Below the pieces are notes generated by a model, which saw only the letters and a list, made by a program, of their open reading frames with translations, made no database searches and was not told where the DNA came from. This document shows, one piece after another, positions 26,453-39,062 of a DNA stretch of 64,000 nt (position 1 is its first letter; every line of letters starts with the position of its first letter). The stretch covers positions 13,518,001 through 13,582,000 of the forward strand of contig CM052817.1 in the NCBI GenBank assembly GCA_028534125.1, in the 5' to 3' direction. Made by a program: the position numbers and the translations under genes. This DNA is from Lama glama (Eukaryota).

Positions 26453-26884
26453 ACCATCTTGCATTTTTAGGTAAAAAGAATGTTAACACTTAATATTTTG
26501 GGGGAAGAATGACATTAACAAGTAATAAAGTCATATCTTAAAGATGTATTTGAATCCAAAGGATACTCTGACCTATTGTAATTCAAAATAGTGAAAGAAA
26601 AGGAGACAGGGAAAGATTTGGGACTGGAAGCAGCCAGGTGTCCAAAACATACTAGGTCTAACTCTTCCAACTATCTTTCATCCTGTGCCTTAAAAAATGG
26701 GAAGAATATTGTAAATTATTAACTGATGAGAGGAAATATCAAAGAGGAATGTCCATATAAAAACTTAATATCCCAGTAGACCAGTCATTATCACCTAACA
26801 CTGACTGAAGTTACGCTGGATTTTGAAAGAGAGCAGCAAAGCAGGTTTATGAATCATCTGTACAGACACTCGGCCGACCTTTTA

Positions 26885-27903
26885 GGTCCGTGTTTTTCAA
26901 AATGACCTTCTGTTAGTGGTCTATGAAAATGAGAATTTTTAAAATTAAGAAGTTTAAAAAAAAAGATCATTAAGCATCATCACCGATTTAACTGAATCAG
27001 AACCATCAGAGGTAAGACCTGGGCTGCCCATCTGCACGCACATCCCACTCACTGAGGATTTCCTAAGTTTCCAGTGTAGCCAGATAAACTATTGATACTT
27101 GACATTTTAGGGCTCATCACAAGCAGGTCGATTCTGTTTGTGACGGAAGCGCCTTTATGGCTGGGATTTTACGCATCTAGTTCAGTGGCTCTCAATCTTG
27201 GCTGCACACGGTAATTTCCGGAGGGCTTTATAAATCCTGACGCTCAAGCCTCTTCTGGGAGCAGTGACATCAGAACGGTCAAGCATGGTGCCCAGCTATT
27301 TGTAGTTTTTAAAGCTCCCCAGATGACTGTAACATGAGACTGCCGATGTGTAGCTAATATCTTGCATCTTTCTGCATCTTTTTTAATACATAGTTATGTG
27401 GCTCAAAACCCAAAACACTGCTGGGAGGACAGAATAGGCCAACCACGACCACTGCTCTTGGCTGGAACCCAAGCTGAGGCTGATTATGTGGGGCCACACT
27501 AATAATAACTCTTTTTTGTTGAACTTCGTGTTTATTGTCTCCATTTATTTAAACAAAAACAGAAACAAAACAAAATAAAGACAAAACCCATGCAATGTAG
27601 TCACCATCATCCCAATTTGTAGAGATAAGGATGCACAGGCCACGGAATCTGCCTAAATGAGTAAGATTTGGGGTCTGAGGGACACCAGTGTTTGCGGGGT
27701 CTGCGCTCTGTCGGTGATTCTCAGAGCGTGGTTCCCAGCCAGGCAGCACCAGCATCACGGGAACAGATGAGCAGGTGAATTCTCCACCCCAACTGCAGAC
27801 CCACTAAATCATAATCTTTCAGGTTGGGACCCAGCAATCCATCTGCTTCAACAAGCCCTTCGGGTGGTTCTGGGGCACAGTAAAGGCTGAAGAACACAGT
27901 GGT
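26885..27903. mobile_element. Cluster of MER5-family hAT elements (about 26885-27085, 27183-27350, 27713-27903) with a MIR piece
   Basis: cagtggctctcaatcttggctgcac...aagctccccagatga; ttctcagagcgtggttccc...cagcatcac...aacaagccct. Confidence 0.65.
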
Positions 27904-28644
27904 ACATTCTCCATTTCTATCAGCTGCCTACGTTTGAAAACTCAGTCAGCGTGTGGTAAGTGAAATGAAAATGTGGGGATGACTCAGTGGGTGAGACAGG
28001 GCGAGGGGCTGAGAAACTCTCTCTCCCTTTCTTCCTTTTCTCCCATTTCCCGTTTATATTAACAATCTATGTGGGAGAAATGCTATCAGAGACATAACAC
28101 TGGAAAAAGGCTGGGCGGCTCCGGGAAGCTTTACTTGAAGGGGTGCCTTGCCAAGTTCAACTAATTTCACGTAAGTGTGACTTTCTTGTAAGATGTTGAT
28201 GAATAGTTTATCCGTTTAATCAAAATATGGAGAGTTTTAAAAGGTTTCATTAAAGATGAATATCTCAATTGGTTGCCTGAAAATGATTTTTTGATCTTAA
28301 GGGCTTGAGATAATTGGTGTTCAGGAAACCGAGGGCGGTTGGTCTGCTTCCTTCGATGCTAAGCGGGTTCAGATTGCTGTCATCCTGTAAAATAAGGGCC
28401 CTGCTGCCCTGCTGTAGGGCCTTTCTTGCTATATTTTAGGGCATATTTATTAGAGTGGTACATTGATTACAGGAAAATCAATAAAAATTAAAGGGCCACT
28501 CTTGTTTTATTTATCAGAGACATTGATTAATATTTTCTGAGCAAACTGTGAAGTCATTTCATTTAAAGAAGTATATAAAATATGCTTTGGGCACATTCAG
28601 TTCTGATGGAAATTCATCTCATGGGATGGGGTAGAATTACAATG

Positions 28645-28880
28645 CAGAGAGAAGAGAAAAAAATAGGGAAAGGAAGGCAGGGGAAGAAGCGAAAGACTAG
28701 AACTGACAAGGAGAAGAGACAAAGGAAGTAAAGGAAGAGGGAGAGGATGGAGGAATGAAGAAATAGACAAGAGGTCAAAAGGGTGGGAAAGGGGGAAGGA
28801 AAAGGGGTTGGGAAAAGAGAAGGAAAGCGAGCAAAGGAAGAAAAGAGAACAAGCAAGCAAAGGGGAAAAAAAAATCAAAC
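28645..28880. repeat. GA-rich low-complexity purine tract
   Basis: About 230 nt made almost entirely of A/G. Confidence 0.85.
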
Positions 28881-30860
28881 AAAGCCATGAATGCAGATTT
28901 TGGAGCCTGGGCAGTTTGTCACGAAGTGCTGCTTGTGGAAGACAGGCTGCAGAGATGCTGGCCCTGAGGGTTAAGGATGGTGGTGATCATGACTCCAGTT
29001 TGCAACAAATGGCATGAAAGGCAGCTGGACCCCAAGCGGAGAGACTACAGTGAAGGCAGTGGAGAGACAATATAGCAACAGCGGAGGAGCGCAGGGATGC
29101 TGAGAGGTTGGTTAAGTTCTTCGTTCGACAGCTGTTTTGTATCTGATGCATAATCCAGTGTTACACAGGAAAATGCCTGCTTATTACAAGATCTCTGAAC
29201 CAGAGCAAGGAAGTTTGGGTGTTCCCAGGAATGCACCGGAAGTTCTCTTCCGTGATGAGCCTTCTCCTAGCGCTTACTTTCAGCCAAAACTTCGTCTTTT
29301 CCACCTCTTCTCCCTTCCCAGCCTCACTGCTCAATGGTTTGTTGCTGTCGGTGGTCAGGGCAGCTACTTCACTGTAAGTGCTTCCCCCCTCTGCAGCCTG
29401 CAAACTGTTGCTGCCACGGCTTAACTAATAATTCTCTAGCCTAATATTCAAAGCCCCTTTCTCTTTATGCGTGTTTATTTGTGTTATCTTGGTTGATGAC
29501 ACATTATGGTGTATGATGCAAGATGGTAAGCACCCATCTCCCTTATATTGCCTCCCTCCCCATCCAGCCCACCCCTACAAAGGCCTGGGTGTCAGCAGAG
29601 AACCAGGCTTCAGAGGAGCAGTGGAAGGAAAAATTTTGGAAGCCCAGGTAAGGAGAGTGGTGAGGAGCAGAGATGGGATAGAGAGAGGCCCCATGGAGTC
29701 AGAGAGATGGTGGAAGTTTTTGTGCAGTAGGCATGCCGGAACCCTATAAAAATATTCTGAAAAGGCAACTAGAGTTACAATTCTCTGAGTAAAGTTTTTC
29801 TGTAGATACCAAAAGACGAGTTTCTCATCTGCATGAGGTTGGACAGAGGTAGCAACCAAGGTGGACAGATTTGAAGAGGCTGGAGTCAGCAGAAATCTTT
29901 GGACACCAGAGACTTCTACAGGCCATGGAACTAGGGCTGGAAGGAGGGGGATCTGAGGAGGAATCAAAGCAATTTCATTTGGCTCTCAAGGACTACCTGT
30001 AGTATATGTAACTATGGTTTACATATATGTAAGAATACAATACCTCTGGGGATGTGTATGTCATTTAAAATATGACTATTTAATACTTTCAAGGATAAAT
30101 TACTTTTAAATAAATCCATGCCAGTAAGTATCTTCTCCCCATTTGGACTGTAAGCTCCAGCATAAGCTTATGTTCTCCGGCTTTTGAATGCCCTGTAGTA
30201 CCTAGCTTAATACTGAGCGCACACCAACGAGTCAGTAAGAGTGTGTGCCTGGTGGTGCCCAGCCCACCCCTTGTCCCCCACCCTCACCCTCTGGTGTGCA
30301 AGGACTATCACTTCTTTTGAAGGTGATCCACTTGGGAAGGTGCATGATATGTGCACCTGGATCACAGAGAATGGAGAGCAGGGACTGCCTACAGACCTGT
30401 CATTCAGAGCCAGTGGTGCCATGGTCTTTTATTAACTATCAAACTTCCATAAATTTGACTTTTCTCCAATGATCAGAATGGAGTCCCTTGATGGGTCCCG
30501 ATCTATAGCCAAGACTCAAGTCAAGCACCAGACTACAGTTCACAGAGGAAGAGACAATAGGAGCTTATTGGAATGATGTCAATGTAGCTGAAAAAGAAAA
30601 AGAATTCCCACTAGGAACTGAGTAAACCTTCCTTCTGTCCCCATCATTACTTAGCGCGCGCCTACATTGTACGAGCAACGGTGCACCCAAGTGAATCGAA
30701 GTCCAAATGGGTATCGACGCTGCTCCCATCTAGGGAAGAGGTACGCGAAGGGGACTCGTGCTGAGGCTCTCACGGAACTGCACCATCTCCCTTTTCCCCC
30801 TCACTTCTCAGTGCTCCTCTGAGAACTGTGTGAAGGTAAAGTCAAAAAGAAAGTTCTTAC

Positions 30861-30985
30861 ATTCTTAAATCCTCTGTAAAGAATCTGGAGCTCCTTCTTG
30901 GTGAACTTGCTCTGGGCTTCCAGCAGCTCGAGAGCCTCGGGCCGATGCCTGACGGTGGCCATCTCCAGTTCATCTTCCACGCTGT
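30861..30985 (-). CDS. KCNIP4: KCNIP4 (KChIP4) coding exon 3, 125 nt
   Basis: Minus strand: ccttccctccgcag|AC AGC GTG ... TTT AAG AAT|gtaaga. Translates (N/D)[41 protein letters not shown], matching the recalled KChIP4 sequence. Canonical AG and GT; phase-1 start fits the end of exon 2. Confidence 0.98.
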
Positions 30986-31449
30986 CTGCGGAGGGAAGGC
31001 AAAGTCTTAAGGACCGTCACCACTCACCAATCCAGATACACAGTAACACAGAAGACGGAAGGGAATGTTTACTGAAGGCCTGTGATTTCTCCAGAGGAAG
31101 GATTCTCACACTGCCAATAACAGTCTTTACATTTCCCAGAGTTTACAGTATTAAGCTAATTCTACATAATGTTTTTTCATATGCTCTAGTCATTAGACAT
31201 TAACCATATGAACATTCTACAGTACAGTTTGAAAGCATAAAAATCATGAACAATCTTAAAACCTCAAATGTGTGTATGTATCAAGGACTAGTTATAAAAG
31301 TGGAATTTTAGTTTAATTGTGATCAGTATCACTCTTGTATCATGCAACTATGAGATAGGACTCCACTAATACACTCTAGAGATTCCACTGAAATCAAATC
31401 TTTCACCTGGAGCTACAAATAAAGCAATCAGACCAGGTGCTGAAATGCC

Positions 31450-31457
31450 TGACGTCA
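31450..31457. promoter_or_regulatory. Palindromic CRE motif (TGACGTCA)
   Basis: Exact 8-mer in apparently repeat-free sequence; function not shown. Confidence 0.3.
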
Positions 31458-34169
31458 TCGGCTGCCCGTTCGGCATAAATCCAGGCTTCAGGGGTGCACA
31501 CCGCATGGACTGGGGCCTGAAGGGACTTCTGGATAGAACCTATTTTGCAGGCAAGGGAATCCACAACTACGGATAAATGCTAAACTATTGTACTTTGCTT
31601 TGTGAATTATATTTATGCTACAATTTCTCAAAGATGCTCTATGCAAAAAAATAAAAATAAAAAAGAATTTTGTGTCCATGTAAATTTGGGAAATACTGAG
31701 AGTTTAATGTAGTTTGGGAGCAAAACACTGGAATATAAAGGTTTTGACAGGATTTGCAACAAAGAATTCTGTTTAACCTAACTGGCCCCAAAGGAGATTT
31801 GTCCACAGGACCCTTTCTCCCCAGAAGTAACATCAGGTAACATCTTCATATATGCCCCAGGGCCGTGTAGAATGCAGCTTGGGACGTATTGGGATATATG
31901 AGGTTCTGGGTGCCCAGATCTCAAAGAACAGCATCCTTAAGCTGCTTTTGTAATTTCAGTTGCTAATTTCAGCTGCTTTGCACGGGGACCCAGTGGAGGC
32001 CTAAGGGAATCTTCCTGCCACAGTCCAGTCCACACTTCAGCCAAGGAACTTATCAGGAACAGAAACATCCAGGCTCAGTACTAAAACCTTGGCTTCCCTC
32101 CACTATATCCCTTAGCTACAGATTCCCAACTCAGATGGGCGAGACTCATGAGAACATCTTCTCATCAACTCTGGCCCCAGGGTCATGCACTCTCCATTCC
32201 ACGTCTCAAGTGTCAGTGGGAATGTAGTCTTTTTGGACCACAAAAGTCACATCCTTTTTGATACTTAATAATGCTGCCTCTCGCTAACATCGGTACCTAC
32301 TTACTGCCCTGACACACTGAGTGCAGGGAGGGGCCAGAGCGCTGGCTTTGCAGAGAAGAAAGGTCAGTGGAATCCTGATTTCGGTGTGTCTTAATTCCCT
32401 CAGGAGCTTATAAAAGACCACTAATGACGATGAAATAAATACTGGGAAAGGTTGTGTTTGTCAAAGTGAGGAAGAAGATATAAAAGCAAACATTTGTTTT
32501 GTACTTTTCATATTATAATAGTTTATTTTGGAACAGTGATCCAGAAAAGCTGCAGAATAGTGATGGGCGGATAAGGATAATAAAAGGGCCATGAGAAGAC
32601 AGGCAGGCCAAGGATAAGCTCGGAGCTGACAAGGATAAAAGCGACGAGGAACTAAGCGGGGTCTGTATCTAAAGGACGTGCAAAGGGCTGGAAGTAGCTG
32701 AGAAGAGGCAGCTTGGCGTTAACAAACTGACCTCGGGCTGCACTTCATGGGGAGAATTGAAAAAGCTAAAATGGAATTTCATCCATTTTATTTTTTGCTC
32801 ACTGGAATGAATGGGTTGACTCTATTCAATGGGTCCTGAGCTTGAGAGGATGAAGAAAAATGGTGTCTCTAAGATTTCTGTCGATCCAGTGCACTGGGCT
32901 GTGTTGAAGTTACTGTAGTTGCTGGTGCAGAAATAAATGCCATGGGACAGACCTGATAGAAATAGACTACGATGGAGGGAAAGACTACTTTCTTGAAGAG
33001 CATCTTGATTGAGCTTCTTTTTGAATCAGTTACAGTATAATTTCCTCAACTTAAAATATTCTCTTTCCTTTTTTCTTCTTGTTGAAATACACCTGTCTAT
33101 TATGATCTGATTCAAATACTCTTGCCTTCTGTCTGAAGCCTTTCCAGTTGCCCTGCCATGCAGAGCTACTGATGGGCCCCCGGTCAGAGTTCTCACACCT
33201 CCCCCCCCCCCTCAGCTAGCCTGTAAATCATTAATTTCGTTATGATCTGTTCAGGCCTGTCTTCCCCATTGTGAGTTCCATGAAGATGGGCAAAGTCCTA
33301 CAGGTCTGTATGTCCTCTGGACCTAACATAGCGCCTCATACCCCATAGTTGCTCAAGAATTAACTGGGGAATGAATGAATACGTGAGTCAATAAACAAGC
33401 GACGTTGCTGCCAAAGTCCCCCTGCCACTGGAGCCCCGGGAACCTTAGCTGCAGAATAGAAAATTATTTCTCAGACTGAGGTTTGTGGACCATTGATGGG
33501 CCTTGAATAATGCCATCTTTGGTATCACAGTGGTCCCTGTGCCTTGTTCCAAGAAACACAGCATAGACCAAAGTAAAGGGAATTTTAATGAGATTTTCTG
33601 AGCAGTTTTTCAATCACAGCATAACCTCCACTAGACCTAATGACCCGTCCACTGCTAAGAAACAAAACAGCATCTGAATTGCTCAGCCTTTGTAACCACA
33701 CAGCAGCCTGAATCTACCAACCTAGTTTCCCCCTCCAACTATTGCAGACTTGCAGACGCTAAGACTGAGACAAAAGACCCAGGGCCGGAGGGTCAGTGTG
33801 ATTGTATCAAGAATGTGCGATAGGATGAGCATCACATGCGATTTTCAAAGCACCATCCTTCAAGTGTCTGCCTGGGGACTCTCTTGTTTTCCTAGCTGAC
33901 TGGTACCTTACTTCTTAATGATTCCTACCTTTCCAAGGGCTGTTTCTATTTCTAGAAGGCTGACAAGCTCTAAAAACATACCTGAAATCATCAGCAATCA
34001 CCAGCATATAAGTTTAAAAAAGAAACACCATCTAATGCAATCAAGACTCTGATCCTGGAGGGGAAGCCTGAGAGCACAGCAGGATTCGGCAGAGGACGCG
34101 AAATTCACGATGGGACTCCGCCACCACTTAAAAGTGTGCACTTTGGGGTGTTTTTTTTCTTTTAATACA

Positions 34170-34410
34170 GTGCTTAACATTTATTAAATTCCTGTAATAT
34201 GCCAGGAGATATGCTGGGTGCACTACTGATATAATTCTAATCCTCACAATAAATCTACAATGAGATTAATTGTCCATTTTTTTCATATATGGATACTGAG
34301 TATCTTACAGAGGTGAAGGAATGAGTGGCCAGGTGTCACATAGCGGAGAAAACAGAGGCTGAATTTATACTCGAGTCTTTGATGCCAAACTTCATGTGTT
34401 TTCCTACTCT
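34170..34410 (-). mobile_element. MIR
   Basis: aacatttattaaattcctgtaatatgccagg...taatcctcacaat...cagaggtgaagg. Confidence 0.7.
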
Positions 34411-34575
34411 GCCAAACTCTCAGCACTAACAGAAATAACAAAGACTGAAAATAACATTTTTATCTCCTCTCTTCTCTTGCACTGTCAAACGTCTCAGAGA
34501 AGCTGACTCTATCTGCTGGGTCCATTTCCTACCTCCTGTTCTCTTTTTAATCTACTGCAATCTGACTTCTGGCCT

Positions 34576-34957
34576 TGTTATCAGTTGAATTATGTCCCCC
34601 TAAAATTTTTTTGTTGAAGGCCTAACTCCCAATATGACTGAATTTGGAGATGTGACCTTTAAGAAGACAATTAAAGTTAAATGCTTTTGTAAGGGTGGGA
34701 TCCTAATCCAATACAAATGGTGTCTTTATAAGAAGAGACAGAGGCCCCTGGGACACACAGGGACAGAGGAAAGGCCATGTGAGGACACCACAAGAAGGCA
34801 GCCATCTGCAAACCAAGGAGAGAGGTCTCATGAGAAACCAACTCAGACGGAACCCTGAGCTTGGACTTCCAGCCTCCAGAATTGCAAGAAATATATTTCT
34901 ATTGTTTCAGCCATCCAGTCTGTGGCACTTTTTTATGGCAGCCTGAGCTGACTAATC
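34576..34957 (+). mobile_element. MaLR LTR (MLT1A/B-like), full length
   Basis: tgttatcagttgaattatgtcccc ... ggccatgtgaggacac ... ttggacttccagcctccagaa ... gactaat. Confidence 0.88.
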
Positions 34958-35084
34958 CTTGCACCTATATTCAAAAGACGTGCAACACCAGTAAAAGCAG
35001 GTCTCGCTATTCACAGTTTGCCCAGCGAGCGCTAAGAAGCCTGCTAGCCAATCAGAACCTTTCCTCTTCACAATGCCTTTCAAG

Positions 35085-35470
35085 AGAGCGATTATCATCC
35101 CCCTTTCAAAGATGAGAAAACTGAGACTTGGAGAATCCAAGTAACTTGTTCAAGCTCAGATGACTAGTTAGTAATGAAACAGGCAGCTCTCTTTGGCACC
35201 CTAAAACCCAACTTTCTAAACATCTTGCTGAAATTGTTAATAAAACCCTCCACCTTCTAGAGAGATTTTGCTCTAAGCCTGACTGTATATTATCTCATTC
35301 TAATACTGACAAAAATCCTGTGAGATATGTATTACTGCCTTTATTTTACAAGGAATAAACTGGGACTCACAGAGTGTAAATAACTTACTCAAGGTCACAA
35401 AGCTAGTAAGTGACAGAGCTGGGATTTGATTTCTGTTTTTTTAACATCAAAAATCATGAGCTTAATCAAT
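35085..35470 (-). mobile_element. Two adjacent MIR fragments
   Basis: agatgagaaaactgagacttggag; aacttactcaaggtcacaaagctagtaagtgacagagctgggatttga. Confidence 0.75.
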
Positions 35471-38459
35471 AGGATGTTTTAAGAGATTTGGGAGACAAAA
35501 TATTTTAAATCACAAACCAGGCAGCCATTGAATACGCCCCTGCTCTGGAGAAATGTGCCTGGGGGCTTTGAGATCACTATGGTGGCGGTCGATGAGGTGC
35601 TGATGAGAAATATGCAGAATAAGGTTTGGAAGTGATGGGTTCACAGAGCTGGAGAGAACACGAAAGGTTGTTGGAGTTGTTGGCTCTTCTGCCTTTTACC
35701 ACTGAGAAATTTGGGTTCCTGAAGGCTAAGTAGAATTAAAAACAGAACCAGGTGGCACTCTGACCTCCTGGATCATCTTCAGGCCTCTGACCACATGCAA
35801 CTATGCAGGCGTCCTGCTCCTGGAATAGCACTGCTCATCCAATGCTGCTTTTGCATTCTGAGACAAACTAAATACAACTAGCATTTTAATTCATGTGTCT
35901 TCTAACAGATTTCATTTTAATCAGATGACAAATTCCAAAACCCAAACACCCTTGAGCTTCCTGACTGTCTCTTTTTATTCTTTGTTCCTTAGATCTCAGT
36001 CTCTCAGGGCCAAGGATGTCCTCTGTCTGAGTCAACAGTCCCCTCAGGCCATGACACAGTTGGGCTAGAAATTGGAATTCCAATCACCTGGGAATGACAG
36101 AATGAGTTTTAAAAATAGACACCTTTCTCTCACATCTCCCAACTTCTCTTAAAATACAGTAGAAGCTTATTACAGCCTAACTCAAAATAATACAAGTTGA
36201 ACTCTTTCTGAGGTCAAATCATATCTCCCAGAACAAAAGTGCAGAACACCTTGCTTTACAAAGATGAGCTTGAGGCCTGCCTTCCTAAGATGGAAACTTG
36301 TAAACAAGGCTTGTAATACTGCAATAAAACTGTTTTCTGAAGAATACTGTCACTCTTTTCAGGAAGCGGGTTCAGAGATAAGTCCTTGCCTTAACATAGC
36401 AGGGGACATTGTGAGACTGCAGCCACGTTCTTCTGCCTGGGGCCTGCCAGACTACTGGCTAGCTCGGCCCAACAGCATTGAATTTGGCACACTAAATGTG
36501 CTCAATTAAAAAAAATGTGAAATCAGTGACTAACTAATAGAAGTGTCCCCATTGTCTTGGGTCTGTCTACAAGAGGTCCACATCTCAGTACAGCACGATC
36601 GTTCTTTAAAAATATTATCCATTTTCTTCATAAAAAATCATAAATCCTATGACTTAAAAATTCTATTGGAGCTGAAATTGATTTGTCTAGCCAAAGATTC
36701 AGCCGGCTTGACTTACATTGCTTTATCTCATTTATAAAAATACTTTCTGTGTCTTGACTTCTAATGTTTACCCCAAATTCAGTTGGATTACTAGTGACTT
36801 GATCTGCATGGCAATAACATCACGATGAGGATGATTACCTTCTAATGACACACATGGTTAAATACGTAGAAGCTTAGCCGAGTGACAGGTATTAGAAGAT
36901 CTGACAAATTTTGCTCCAGGTTTTAGCTTTACACTAAGTGATGATGGAAGACTCTCGGCTATAGTGTTGGAAATTACTCCTGAGAACTTCTGCAACAAGG
37001 AGGAGATGCTACTGTCTGTTTAATACTTAAGTCTAACACATTGGGACAAAGATAAGGCTGCCTGGGAGGAGATTTCCAAAGCTATTTTTCGTGACACCTA
37101 TGTAATTTCTTTCTCCCCTTTCTTTCTCTTTTCTGAAAGCTTGGACAGGCCTGGCTAAGACACCGTCTACTCAGAAAGCTCTGTTTCTTAGTCCCACCCT
37201 TCCTGATGCCCAAAGTGGTTGGAATTATAACCAGCTGAGGAAACTGGTTTTTAGGGTTAAGGAATTTGCTCAAGTTGCACAAGTGCACAGCGGATCATGG
37301 GGCAGCCGGAGCTGACACCGACCTGTCTTTGTTCTTGCTTTATCATTTGACGTCTCTGGATGGAGAGTTGAAGCTTGGGCCAGGCTCTGTAAGCAACTTT
37401 TCGAATTTTGCCAAATTTAAATGCTCAGTCTAAGAATGCAATGTCCTGGGAGCCCTGTTGACGCCTCCTGTCTTCACAACCATCCACCCACCCGTCCACC
37501 AGGAGCTGCTCTCAGGTGCACAAGGAGAGTGTATGAACTATTAACTCCAGGCTGATCACGCACAGCCCACGAACAGAAAGCAGCCAACCCATCTGAAGCC
37601 TTGCGGGAGTCCCAGCTCTTCCCAGACCACTCTGAACCACTGGAGCCTCCAAATGTTTGTTAGTCAGATGTCTTTCTTCAACCCTGGCCCTGAAATCACG
37701 TTAGGACCCCAAAGCCCTTTATTGGTTGTACTTTATCCTATTTATTGTACATATAGCAGCAGGAAAATGAAAAGTACCTTGAAAATGGACAATTACTTTG
37801 AATGTCTTCTGTTAGAGGCGGTTGTTGGCAATGACAGTGCAATTTCCATTCCAGGAGAACTTGAATTGCTTTGCAATTTCATGATTGAATTCAATCACTT
37901 ATAAAACATAACTACTCAGAGAAAAATTGCTGGAGCTATTTCTCGCACCACTTGTGAGTAGATTGTTTCTGCCTTATTTATAAACATAAATAACTCTTCA
38001 CACAAGCTGAGATTTTAAAATATAATCACCTAATTGGAATGCTTGTTGTTAGCATAAACTATATTATTACTACAGCAAGCCATGAATAGCCTCTTACGAT
38101 AGAAGCTATTATTTCATACGTGGTAGGGTATAGCTTGCTTTTCGGTAAATGAGGGAAATAAAAATTAAATTGCCGGCCATTAAACACGAAGAGAAAATCT
38201 ACAATAGAAATGCCAGGGTAAGGGGAGAAGGAACAAGGAATATGATTGAACTTTTACATGAAGGCAGACCAAAAAGTTGACACTCTAGTCAGGAAAGTCA
38301 ACGGCTGAGAAGGACAATGATCAAAGAGAAGATAAAAAAGCAGTGAAACATGGAAAGAGATGAAGATAGCTGGTCATAGCTGATGCAATTCCAAATGTTC
38401 TAACAAGAGTTTTTCTTGAACTTCGATAGACTGTCTCCTGTTTGCCCTAAAAGTCTAAT

Positions 38460-39062
38460 ATAATAGCAAGCCACTTTCTATAGCATTTGTTCTATGCAAG
38501 CACTTTACATACATTAACTGGTAAAATCCCGACTCGTGTCCTGTGGATGCTCTGCCTTGTTCTGTGGGTGCAGATGCTGGCACAGAGAGATTAAGTGACT
38601 TCCCTGTGGTCGGTCACAAAGTAGCAAAGCCAGGGTATGAACTCTGGGAAGTCTGGTTCCTGGGTTTACGAAATTAACTATTCTCCTGTTCTGTCTCCCG
38701 TAGAAAATAAGGGAGAATGATGGCCCAAATGTCCATAAACACGGCATTCACATTTTAATAAGCTTCTGACTCCACACTGGGAGCACGTGGGCCGGGGGAG
38801 GAGGGACGCACACTAGGAGCAGCCAGTGAGCCGCAGGAATAGCACCGACGTCTGCTGGCCGCCCCTTGTAGTAAACAAAGTTATTGTCACTCTTGTTATT
38901 AGAGCTAACCATCACAATCACTCTGTGATCGGACACTGTCACCTTGCTTTTACAGACCAGGAAATCCGTGTTGGAAGGGAGGTTGTAAATTATGAAGGAC
39001 AAATAAATAGGAAGATACAGATTTAGGACTTAAACCCAAGTTCACTGACTGTAAAGTCTAGA
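38460..39062 (-). mobile_element. Two MIR fragments
   Basis: gcacagagagattaagtgacttccctgtggtc...gccagggtatgaac; ttttacagaccaggaaa. Confidence 0.65.

Noticed and set aside
1..30860. KCNIP4 exon 4 (ECPSGVVNEETFKE...)
   Set aside because: Not found by eye; it presumably lies beyond the left edge of the window.
30982..30985. Second AG four nucleotides into exon 3 as a tandem acceptor
   Set aside because: Not a NAGNAG; its use would frameshift, and nothing in the sequence supports it.
30898..31203. 101-aa plus-strand ORF overlapping exon 3
   Set aside because: Antisense shadow of the real exon, with a non-ATG start.
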